DNA of 64,000 bases from Bacillota bacterium (GTDB taxonomy: Bacteria; Bacillota; Clostridia; Lachnospirales; Bianqueaceae), in contig JAFRUE010000016.1 in the NCBI GenBank assembly GCA_017441925.1, positions 5,269 to 69,268 of the forward strand, read 5' to 3'. Under the pieces are notes generated by a model. That model did no database searches, was not told where the DNA came from, and saw nothing but the letters and a program-made list of their open reading frames with translations. The translations under genes and the position numbers were made by a program. How positions within the stretch are numbered: the first letter of the stretch is position 1; every line of letters begins with the position of its first letter. This document shows positions 29,053-37,131 of this stretch, in pieces.

Positions 29053-29399
29053 ATCCGGCTTCCTCCCCGCAGGCCGTTCTCATACAGCAGGCCGCAGGAG
29101 GGGAACATCGCGAGCTTTGTGCTCAGGATGACGAGATCGTTCTCCCTGGCAAGCTCTATCATCGTGTCGGTGGGAACTTTGCTGCGTACAAAAACAAGGC
29201 ATACGATATCCATCATCTCCGCGGTACGGATCGCCTGCGGATTGCATAGTCCTGTCAGAAGGACCGCCTGATCCTTAACAAACGCGAGCACGTCGCTCAT
29301 CAGGTCGCTGCCGCAGGCCGTATGGACTTCGCGGTCCAGCAGCTCTTCTCCGCAGCAGACCTCGGCGTCCAGGATTTTCTGTATTTCTCTGATTGTCAT
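29049..29399 (-). CDS. DRTGG domain protein
   Basis: 116 aa. GSDLMSDVLAF...LLTGLCNPQAIRTA. ATGA overlap with the downstream ATPase gene. Confidence 0.78.
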   Translation of the reverse strand: MTIREIQKILDAEVCCGEELLDREVHTACGSDLMSDVLAFVKDQAVLLTGLCNPQAIRTAEMMDIVCLVFVRSKVPTDTMIELARENDLVILSTKLAMFPSCGLLYENGLRGGSRI

Positions 29400-29418
29400 A
29401 TTGGATGTCTCCTTAGTG

Positions 29419-29452
29419 AAAAAGCACAGGTCGGTTACGGCCTGTGCTTTTT
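29419..29452 (-). terminator. intrinsic terminator/attenuator between hydA and the downstream regulatory genes
   Basis: AAAAA-GCACAGG-tcggttacgg-CCTGTGC-TTTTT, 27 nt after the hydA stop and 20 nt before the DRTGG start. Confidence 0.7.
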
Positions 29453-29478
29453 GGATCCGGATCGCAGCACAGAATGCG

Positions 29479-31248
29479 TCAATCCGAGGTATAGTTGTTG
29501 ATCTTGCGGGCTACGTAGGAAGTATGCAGCAGATGATGTGCCTTCTCACTGCCCGGAGTTCCGTAGAAGTTCTCGTAGATCTCCTTGATCGCGGGATTCT
29601 CATGGGACTTACGCAGAGTGGTCTTATCATCCATGTCATACAGAACCTTGGCGCGAAGCGCGCGGATGTCCACATTGTTGCGGACATAACCCGGCTGACG
29701 GGGCTGTCCGCCGCCGTTTACGCAGCCACCCGGGCAAGCCATGATCTCGATGAACTGATAATCGTTCATCTCGCCTGCGCGAACCTTTTCCATAACCTTG
29801 CGGGCATTCTCCAGACCGGAAGCGACGCAGACCTTAACGGTCATGCCGCCGACGTTGTAAGAAGCCGTCTTGATTCCCTTGGTTCCGCGAACGTCGTTGA
29901 ACTCGATTCTCGGAAGGGTTTCGCCGGTGATGGTCTCAACAGCGGTACGAAGCGCTGCTTCCATAACACCGCCGGTCGCTCCGAAGATTGTGCCGGCTCC
30001 GGAACCCAGACCAAACGGATTGTCATACTCTTCGTTCGGCAGGGACTGGAAGTCCAGACCGAATCTCTTGATCAGGCGGGCAAGCTCGCGGGTCGTGATG
30101 GAGATGTCAACGTCGGGCATACCGTTCGCGTCCTGATCGTCACGTCCGATCTCGAACTTCTTGGCGGTACACGGCATTACGTCTACCATTACGATATCCT
30201 TGGGATCGTATCCCATCTTCTGTGCCCAGTAGGACTTGGCCGTCGCGCCGAACATCTGCGCGGGGGACTTGCAGCTGGACAGATGCGGAATCAGATCCGG
30301 GAAGAAATTCTCGCAGAACTTAACCCAACCGGGTGAGCAGGAGGTGAACAGCGGCAGTGTGCCCTTGTTCTGAATTCTCTCGATGAGCTCATGAGCCTCT
30401 TCCATAATAGTCAGGTCGGCCGCGAAATCGGTATTGAATACCTTCTCGAAGCCCATGCGGCGCAGAGCAGCAACCATCTGTCCGTCTACGTTGGTTCCGA
30501 TCGGATAACCGAACTCTTCGCCAAGAGCCGCGCGGATGGAAGGAGCGGTCTGTACGATCACGTGCTTGGTCGGATCCTGCAGCGCGACGATGACCTTACC
30601 GGTGTCGTCCGTCTCGGACAGAGCTCCGGTCGGGCATACAGCGATACACTGTCCGCAGTGGATGCACTCGGTCTCATCCAGAGGCATCTCATACGCGGAT
30701 CCGATATTGGTGTTGAAACCACGGTGGTTCTTGCCGATGACGCCGATTCCCTGCGTCTTCTCGCAGACTGCGGTACAGCGCATGCAAAGGATGCACTTGC
30801 TGTTGTCGCGGTACATATGGACCGCGCTGTCATCGATCTCGGACGGTGTCTGTTCGCCGTCGAAATATGTTTCGTCCGTTACGCCCAGTTCATGGGCCAG
30901 GGTCTGAAGCTCGCAGGCTCCGGATCTGACGCAGGACAGGCAGGAACGGTTATGGTTTGAAAGAAGCAGCTGCAGTGTGCGGCGGCGGGAATCCATTACC
31001 TTGGGGGTATTGGTGAATACTTCCATGCCTTCCGCTACCGGGTATACGCAGGCGGTGACCAGCGATCTTGCACGCGCGACCTCGACAACACACATACGGC
31101 AGGCGCCGACTTCGTTGATGTCCTTAAGGAAGCAAAGCGTGGGGATGCGGACTCCGGCGGCCCTGGCAGCGTCCAGAATAGTGGAGCCGGCAGGAACAGC
31201 TGTTTCGATTCCGTTTATTTTCAGATGAACGAGATTCTCGTTAGCCAT
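29479..31248 (-). CDS. hydA: [FeFe]-hydrogenase catalytic subunit HydA (group A3, bifurcating type)
   Basis: 589 aa. N-terminal 2Fe-2S, His-ligated 4Fe-4S and two 4Fe-4S motifs. H-cluster L2 MPCTAKKFE and L3 EIMACPGGCVNGGGQP. L1 reads TSCSPGW. Confidence 0.92.
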   Translation of the reverse strand: MANENLVHLKINGIETAVPAGSTILDAARAAGVRIPTLCFLKDINEVGACRMCVVEVARARSLVTACVYPVAEGMEVFTNTPKVMDSRRRTLQLLLSNHNRSCLSCVRSGACELQTLAHELGVTDETYFDGEQTPSEIDDSAVHMYRDNSKCILCMRCTAVCEKTQGIGVIGKNHRGFNTNIGSAYEMPLDETECIHCGQCIAVCPTGALSETDDTGKVIVALQDPTKHVIVQTAPSIRAALGEEFGYPIGTNVDGQMVAALRRMGFEKVFNTDFAADLTIMEEAHELIERIQNKGTLPLFTSCSPGWVKFCENFFPDLIPHLSSCKSPAQMFGATAKSYWAQKMGYDPKDIVMVDVMPCTAKKFEIGRDDQDANGMPDVDISITTRELARLIKRFGLDFQSLPNEEYDNPFGLGSGAGTIFGATGGVMEAALRTAVETITGETLPRIEFNDVRGTKGIKTASYNVGGMTVKVCVASGLENARKVMEKVRAGEMNDYQFIEIMACPGGCVNGGGQPRQPGYVRNNVDIRALRAKVLYDMDDKTTLRKSHENPAIKEIYENFYGTPGSEKAHHLLHTSYVARKINNYTSD

Positions 31249-31261
31249 TTGCTTTCCCTCC

Positions 31262-33055
31262 TTACTTCTTATAAACCGCGCCGAACTTGCAGACCGTCAT
31301 ACAGGTTCCGCACTTGACGCACTTGGACTGATCGATGACATGAGGCTGCTTGACGGTACCGGTGATGGCCTTGGTCGGGCAGTTGCGGGCGCACATGGTG
31401 CAGCCGCGGCACTTGTCAGGATCGATGTTGTAGGAAAGAAGCGACTTGCAGACGCCGGCCGGGCATCTCTTTTCCTGGATATGAGCGATATACTCATCAC
31501 GGAAATACTTCAGCGTGGAAAGAACCGGGTTAGGCGCGGTCTGTCCAAGTCCGCAGAGAGCGTTGTCCTTGATGTAGTACGCAAGCTCTTCCAGCTTGTC
31601 AAGATCTTCCATGGTTGCCTGACCTTCGGTGATCTTGGTCAGGATCTCCAGCATACGCTTGGTACCGACACGGCACGGTGTGCACTTACCGCAGGATTCC
31701 TCCACGATGAATTCCATGAAGTACTTGGCGATATCGACCATGCAGTTGTCTTCGTCCATAACGATCATTCCGCCGGATCCCATGATGGAGCCGATCTCGG
31801 CCAGATGCTCGTAGTCGATCGCGACGTCCAGATATTCCGCAGGAATACATCCGCCGGAAGGTCCGCCGGTCTGAACTGCCTTGAACTTCTTGCCGTTCGG
31901 GCAGCCGCCGCCGATCTCCTCGACGATCTCACGCAGCGGAGTTCCCATCGGGATCTCTACAAGACCTGTATTGTTGATCTTGCCGCCAAGCGCGAAGACC
32001 TTGGTTCCCTTGGACTTCTCGGAACCGATGGAAGAGAACCATTCCGGTCCGTTCAGGATGATCTGCGCTACGTTGGCATAAGTCTCAACGTTGTTAAGAA
32101 TGGTGGGCTTCTGGAAAAGTCCCTTCAGAGCCGGGAACGGAGGACGCGGACGAGGCTCGCCGCGGTTGCCTTCGATAGAGGTCATCAGAGCTGTCTCCTC
32201 GCCGCAGACGAAAGCGCCGGCGCCGAGACGCAGCTTGATGTCAAAGGAGAAATCCGTTCCGAAGATGTTCTTGCCGAGAAGGCCCATTTCCTCAGCCTGC
32301 GCGATAGCGACTTCCAGACGGTGTACGGCCAGAGGATACTCGGCACGTACGTAAATATAGCCGTGAGCGGAACCGATCGCATAGCCGGCGATGGCCATTG
32401 CTTCCAGAACGGCATGCGGATCGCCTTCCAGAATGGAACGGTCCATGAACGCGCCGGGGTCGCCCTCGTCAGCGTTGCAGCAGACATACTTGTCTTCCGG
32501 GTCAGCTTTATTGACCGCGCAGAATTTCCACTTCTGGCCGGTCGGGAAACCGGCGCCGCCGCGGCCGCGCAGACCGGACGCAAGGATTGTCTCGATGACT
32601 TCGTCGGGAGTCATGGTAGTCAGGACTTTGCCAAGCGCCTGATAACCGTCTCTCGCGATGTACTCCTCGATTCTCTCGGGGTTGATGACTCCGCAGTTGC
32701 GGAGCGCGATACGATGCTGTTTCTTATAGAAAGCGGTGTCGTTCAGTGTCTTGACTTCTGCCTGAGGAGTGGTCTCCTTATAGATCAGTCTCTCGACCGG
32801 ACGGCCCTTCAGCAGATGCTCGGCAACGATCTCGTGTACGTCCTCGGGCTGAACATGGCTGTAATAAACAGCGTCCGGATAGACGATAACGATCGGGCCG
32901 ACGGCGCACAGACCGTGACAACCGGTCTGGACGACTTCGACTTCATCCTGCAGACCCGCTGCCGCGATCTCTGCCTTGAAGTTATCCTGGATCTTGGGAC
33001 TACCGGAAGAAGTACATCCGGTTCCGCCGCACACCAGTACAGATGAGCGATACAT
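31262..33055 (-). CDS. hydB: NADH-binding flavoprotein subunit HydB (NuoF-like)
   Basis: 597 aa. N-terminal thioredoxin-like 2Fe-2S, FMN/NADH motifs (GRGGAGFPTGQKW, ESCGKCTPCR), two C-terminal 4Fe-4S motifs. Confidence 0.93.
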   Translation of the reverse strand: MYRSSVLVCGGTGCTSSGSPKIQDNFKAEIAAAGLQDEVEVVQTGCHGLCAVGPIVIVYPDAVYYSHVQPEDVHEIVAEHLLKGRPVERLIYKETTPQAEVKTLNDTAFYKKQHRIALRNCGVINPERIEEYIARDGYQALGKVLTTMTPDEVIETILASGLRGRGGAGFPTGQKWKFCAVNKADPEDKYVCCNADEGDPGAFMDRSILEGDPHAVLEAMAIAGYAIGSAHGYIYVRAEYPLAVHRLEVAIAQAEEMGLLGKNIFGTDFSFDIKLRLGAGAFVCGEETALMTSIEGNRGEPRPRPPFPALKGLFQKPTILNNVETYANVAQIILNGPEWFSSIGSEKSKGTKVFALGGKINNTGLVEIPMGTPLREIVEEIGGGCPNGKKFKAVQTGGPSGGCIPAEYLDVAIDYEHLAEIGSIMGSGGMIVMDEDNCMVDIAKYFMEFIVEESCGKCTPCRVGTKRMLEILTKITEGQATMEDLDKLEELAYYIKDNALCGLGQTAPNPVLSTLKYFRDEYIAHIQEKRCPAGVCKSLLSYNIDPDKCRGCTMCARNCPTKAITGTVKQPHVIDQSKCVKCGTCMTVCKFGAVYKK

Positions 33056-33070
33056 AGATGTAAGTCCTCC

Positions 33071-33451
33071 TTATTTGAGATTTGAAGATTCCAGAGTATA
33101 CTCACGCACTACGTGTCCGCCGACCAGATGACGGGTGAACACTTCCTGCGCCTTGTCCGGATTCATGTAAATATACGTTACCTTGGGCTTGCCCTGCTCT
33201 ACGACCTCAACGATCGGCTCATACTGACACAGTCCGATGCATCCGGTCTGCGTCACCATGATCTTGTCGGTCATGTTCTTTTCCTGTACGACGTCCGAAA
33301 GCGTTCTAAGTACAGGACGGGCTCCGCTCGCGATTCCGCAGGTAGCCATACCTACGAGAACACGGATCTTGCCCTCTCCGCCGTCACGCTGATTCAGGTC
33401 TCCCTGCATCTTCTCGCGGATCTCTTTCAGTTTGTCCAGTGTCATTGCCAT
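33071..33451 (-). CDS. (2Fe-2S) thioredoxin-like ferredoxin
   Basis: 126 aa. MATCGIASGA and TGCIGLCQYEP motifs. Confidence 0.85.
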   Translation of the reverse strand: MAMTLDKLKEIREKMQGDLNQRDGGEGKIRVLVGMATCGIASGARPVLRTLSDVVQEKNMTDKIMVTQTGCIGLCQYEPIVEVVEQGKPKVTYIYMNPDKAQEVFTRHLVGGHVVREYTLESSNLK

Positions 33452-33487
33452 TAGATAATACCCTCCCTAATCCGACTCGGGCTTATT

Positions 33488-34045
33488 TCAGTAAACAGCT
33501 CCGCCGTCGGTATCTGCACGATTTTCTTTCAGATACTGTCTGATAAATCCCATCACATCCTGGGTGTTTAAGGGAACACCCCCGAGGATCTCGCGCATCT
33601 CGCGCGTGTCCAGTTCAAAGGACTTCTCGTTGTACCGGTAGATATACCGGAAATCCACCTCTGTGTGACACTCGATCAGCGTCAGGATCGTCCCGTCCAT
33701 GTCTCCGAGCGGCTGTCTGTCGATATTGGAATAGCCGAATACCGCAGTCACCGTCGTACCCACGCCCGGTTCCGACTCGATCAGGAAACTCCCGCCGGTC
33801 ATCTCCGCGGCCTGTTTCAGGAAAGGAACACCCAGTCCGACTTTACGGGTCGTCCTTGTCGTAAAGAACGGATCCGTTACCGACGCGACCTGTTCCTTGG
33901 TCATCCCGCAGCCGTCATCCGCGATCACGACCGTCATCGTGTCCGCGGCCGTATCGACCGCAACCTCGATCGTCACAAGACTCGCTCCCGCTCTCGTCGA
34001 ATTCTCGGCGATATCCAGGATGTTCAGTGAAATCTCAGGCATCAT
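33488..34045 (-). CDS. stand-alone GHKL/histidine-kinase-like ATPase
   Basis: 185 aa. NILDIAENSTRAG (N-box), DDGCGM (G1), GLGVPFL (G2). No HisKA/dimerisation domain. Confidence 0.82.
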   Translation of the reverse strand: MMPEISLNILDIAENSTRAGASLVTIEVAVDTAADTMTVVIADDGCGMTKEQVASVTDPFFTTRTTRKVGLGVPFLKQAAEMTGGSFLIESEPGVGTTVTAVFGYSNIDRQPLGDMDGTILTLIECHTEVDFRYIYRYNEKSFELDTREMREILGGVPLNTQDVMGFIRQYLKENRADTDGGAVY

Positions 34046-34056
34046 AGCCGTTTACC

Positions 34057-34548
34057 TTAATACTTATCAAGAATCCCCTTGACCATATCCGGTGTCAGAC
34101 GTCCGTAAACGGTGCCGTCGATCATCATGACCGGAGCCAGTCCGCATGCGCCGACGCAGCGGCAGGACGAAAGCGAGAACTTGCCGTCCTGAGTGCATTC
34201 ACCGGGTTTGATCCCCAGAAGCTCCTGCGCTTTCTCAAGGACCAGACCGGATCCTTTGACATAGCAGGCAGTCCCAAGGCAGATGCTGATCTCATGCTCG
34301 CCCTTGGGCATCAGTGCAAACTGAGCATAGAAGGTGGCTACGCCGTAGATCTTCTCCAGCGGCACGCCGGTCTCTGTCGCGATGATCTGCATGACCTCGA
34401 TCGGCAGATAACCGTAGATATCCTGTGCCTTCTGCATGATCGGCATCAGGAAACCTTTCTCACCTTTAAGCTCAGCAATCATGGAGCGAAGCTGTGCCTC
34501 CTGCTCCGCCGTTCCCTTGAAGGGAACGTTCTTCATCTTTTGAGCCAT
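34057..34548 (-). CDS. hydC: NuoE-like 2Fe-2S subunit HydC
   Basis: CLGTACYVKG...SCRCVGACGLAP motif. The start at 34548 (MAQKMKN) is preceded by AGGGAGG; the ORF is open to 34605. Confidence 0.9.
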   Translation of the reverse strand: MAQKMKNVPFKGTAEQEAQLRSMIAELKGEKGFLMPIMQKAQDIYGYLPIEVMQIIATETGVPLEKIYGVATFYAQFALMPKGEHEISICLGTACYVKGSGLVLEKAQELLGIKPGECTQDGKFSLSSCRCVGACGLAPVMMIDGTVYGRLTPDMVKGILDKY

Positions 34549-34628
34549 ACTTACCTCCCTAATCTGTGGGCACCCGCGCTTATCCTGCGTAAATCTCTCC
34601 GGCACGGCGCTCCTTTTCAGTAAAATAA

Positions 34629-34657
34629 ATTATAACATGCAGGATTTTAAAAGTCAA
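34629..34657 (-). promoter_or_regulatory. promoter of the hydrogenase operon
   Basis: On the minus strand: TTGACT, 17-nt spacer, TATAAT, about 80 nt upstream of hydC. Confidence 0.6.
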
Positions 34658-34690
34658 CAAAACCGGGCAATTACAGGGGCTTAATCTGCG

Positions 34691-35269
34691 TCAGACAAGC
34701 CTGTATTCCTTCGCGAAAGGAAGGTCCCGGAATTCATGTACCGTCAGGATCCACGGCCTGTCTTGCTGCCGGCTGCGGATATAATCCGTAACGATTGTTT
34801 TCGTCCCGTCGTCAAGTCCTGAGAGCGGCTCGTCCATGATCAGGATCCGCGCGTCCGACAGGACCGCTCTGACGACCGCGACTCTGCGCTGCATCCCGCC
34901 GGAAAGCTTCACAGCGGGGATCGCGAGCGCGTCTTCCGGAAGCAGCATCTTAAGCTCCTGCACGGCTTTATCCCTGCTGATCCCGCGGGTCGCCATACGG
35001 ACGTTTTCGACCGCGTCTACCGTCTCAACAAGACGGTTTTCCTGAAAAACCGCTCCCGCCTTCATCCGGCCGGCCGGCTTCCCGTCAATGAGGATCCGGC
35101 CCGTATCGGGCTGCTCCAATCCCAACAGGATCCTCAGCAGAGTCGTCTTGCCGATGCCGGATGCTCCGGTAACAGCAAGGCATTCCCCCGGGCCGACCGT
35201 AAAGCTGACGTCTGTCAGAATTCTGTGCGAATCGTACGTCTTACTGATGTGCTCCGCCTTAAATTCCAT
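34691..35269 (-). CDS. ABC transporter ATP-binding protein (NitT/TauT-type importer)
   Basis: GASGIGKTT, LSGGMQRR, ILIMDEP. The start at 35269 (MEFKAEH) overlaps the end of the permease gene. Confidence 0.88.
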   Translation of the reverse strand: MEFKAEHISKTYDSHRILTDVSFTVGPGECLAVTGASGIGKTTLLRILLGLEQPDTGRILIDGKPAGRMKAGAVFQENRLVETVDAVENVRMATRGISRDKAVQELKMLLPEDALAIPAVKLSGGMQRRVAVVRAVLSDARILIMDEPLSGLDDGTKTIVTDYIRSRQQDRPWILTVHEFRDLPFAKEYRLV

Positions 35270-36008
35270 ATTTCCTCCCCGGCCGCAGCAGGCCGAAGAC
35301 TCCCAGCAGGAGCTTCTCTGAAAGCCACGCGAACAGAATGATGCTGATCGTCCAGGCAAAGACCGCGTCCGTCTCCAGAAAGATCTTAGATCTGTACAGA
35401 CCGTTCCCGATCGATGCAAGCGGCTGCCCGATCACCTCGGCCGCGACACCGCTTTTCCACGCCATGCCGACCGCGGTCTGCAGAGCGCTTTTCAGAAAAG
35501 GATACAGCGTCGGAAAATAGATGTACCTTGCCCGGGATACGGCAGGCATGTGAAATGTCCCTGCCATCTCGAGCATCCTGCGGTCCGTCGTCTTCCATCC
35601 CGCAAGCGTGCTGAAATACAGATACGGCATGACGACGAGCAGGCTGATCCAGAAAGCCAGATCCCGGTTGCCGGCCCAGATGATGACCATGATGATGAAA
35701 CTCACCACAGGCACCGCCTTGACCACGGTCACCGGCAGGCTCAGGAACTCTTCAGTCTTAGGATATCTGCCGGATAGAAGTCCTCCGAGCACACCGAGCA
35801 TGATCCCGGCAAAAAGTCCCAGGAAGATCCGCAGCATCGTAAATCCTACGGACCGCCAGTACTCACCGGTCCTTATCATCCCGAACAGGGCCGTAAGAGT
35901 TTCCCACGGCCCTGCCAGAACAATGCTGTTATGCGTCAGTATGGATACGAGCTGCCAGGCTGCAAGCCAGAACAGCAGTATCAGGACTTTGCGGACTGTC
36001 TTATCCAC
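35259..36008 (-). CDS. ABC transporter permease (NitT/TauT family)
   Basis: 249 aa, 6 TM segments, EAA-like loop (MLEMAGTFHMPAVSRARYIYFP). Confidence 0.85.
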   Translation of the reverse strand: MDKTVRKVLILLFWLAAWQLVSILTHNSIVLAGPWETLTALFGMIRTGEYWRSVGFTMLRIFLGLFAGIMLGVLGGLLSGRYPKTEEFLSLPVTVVKAVPVVSFIIMVIIWAGNRDLAFWISLLVVMPYLYFSTLAGWKTTDRRMLEMAGTFHMPAVSRARYIYFPTLYPFLKSALQTAVGMAWKSGVAAEVIGQPLASIGNGLYRSKIFLETDAVFAWTISIILFAWLSEKLLLGVFGLLRPGRKYGI

Positions 36009-36969
36009 CGATGTAATAGAAATCGTCAGCCGGAAGCGCTCCGCCTACCGCCTTGGCATCACTGTCGAAAAGGACCTGCAGATAGCCGGACAGAGCCGTC
36101 TTCATCTCGCTGCCGGTCAGGCAGACGATATTGCAGTACGGCAGCGCTTTCTGCGCGACAGGCGCCTTCTCGATGATGCCGTACTCGGCGACCAGAGCGG
36201 CCGTTCCCTCAACGTCGTCAACAGCTGCCTTCGCGCTCTCCGCGTGATCCTTAAGGAACTGCTTGACCAGGCCCTCGTGATCCTTCAGGAAATCCGCGCG
36301 TACGATCGTTACACCGGTCAGGAGCTTGGACTCTCCGCCTGCCGCCGCGTCCCACTCATCACTCAGCGAGAACGCCGTGTGCAGCTTGTCGTTCTGGATC
36401 TGCGCAACAGTCGCGAAAGGCTGCGGCAGTACCGCGATCTGTGTGCTGTCCTCTGCAAGCACTGCGGCGACCTCGGTCGCTTCGGACTTGAAGTTCAGTG
36501 TGCAGTCGGCGATACCGTTCTTGTCCAGCAGATAACGCAGAGAATACTCCGGAGTTGTGCCCTGTCCGGTCAGAACGACTTCCTTGCCGGCAAGGTCCTT
36601 AACGGACTTGATCGACTCGTCTCCGGTCACACAGTACAGAACGCCCAGCGTATTCACGTTGATCACGCGGATGCCGCCTTCGGTCTTCTTATACAGTGCG
36701 GATGCCAGATTCGCGGGAACCAGCGCGATGTCCAGATCGCCGGAAACGATCTTGGCCGCGATCGCGTCAGCCTGCGTCTCCATCGTGAACTCGTAGTTCG
36801 AGGTCGTTTCCTTGTTGTCGGCCTTCTTCATCAGATTGACCAGGCCCATGGTGGTGGGTCCCTTCAGGGAACCGATCCTGACTGCGGTATCATCGGCCTT
36901 GGTGCCGGAGCATGCGCATGCGGCAACGGCAAGGATGAGCGCAAGGACTGCAGAAATCAACTTCTTCAT
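36001..36969 (-). CDS. ABC substrate-binding lipoprotein (NMT1/THI5-like / aliphatic sulfonate-type)
   Basis: Lipobox LAVAACACSG. 322 aa. 8-nt overlap with the permease gene. Confidence 0.8.
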   Translation of the reverse strand: MKKLISAVLALILAVAACACSGTKADDTAVRIGSLKGPTTMGLVNLMKKADNKETTSNYEFTMETQADAIAAKIVSGDLDIALVPANLASALYKKTEGGIRVINVNTLGVLYCVTGDESIKSVKDLAGKEVVLTGQGTTPEYSLRYLLDKNGIADCTLNFKSEATEVAAVLAEDSTQIAVLPQPFATVAQIQNDKLHTAFSLSDEWDAAAGGESKLLTGVTIVRADFLKDHEGLVKQFLKDHAESAKAAVDDVEGTAALVAEYGIIEKAPVAQKALPYCNIVCLTGSEMKTALSGYLQVLFDSDAKAVGGALPADDFYYIGG

Positions 36970-37054
36970 TTACTACTCCCCCTCTCTGTAAAAAGCGCTG
37001 CCGGCTCTTTCTATACGATCGGAAGATCTGTGCAGTCACTTATTACAAGAGAAA

Positions 37055-37083
37055 ACTATACATTATATAGCGGGTTTCGTCAA
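37055..37083 (-). promoter_or_regulatory. candidate promoter of the ABC importer operon
   Basis: On the minus strand: TTGACG, 17-nt spacer, TATAGT. Confidence 0.45.
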
Positions 37084-37131
37084 GGGATATTGTCGAAATT
37101 TTAACAAGATTTGCAGAGTTTCTGCGAGGCA

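Noticed and set aside
30334-30336. Whether the unusual Ser codon TCA in the HydA L1 motif could reflect a recoded TGA (selenocysteine).
   Set aside because: The codon as given is TCA, not TGA. No SECIS-like hairpin is needed to explain an uninterrupted ORF, so this is pure speculation.
34549-34690. Looked for a Rex operator (TTGTGAA-N6-TTCACAA / TTGTTAA-N4-TTAACAA) in the hydrogenase promoter.
   Set aside because: Only a half-site-like TTGTTGA overlapping the -35 box is present, with no matching second half.
36970-37131. Looked for a TPP (THI-box) riboswitch upstream of the NMT1/THI5-like ABC importer.
   Set aside because: No CUGAGA...ACCUGAUCUGGAUAAUGCCAGCG-type core. The leader is short (~85 nt) and only a promoter is evident.
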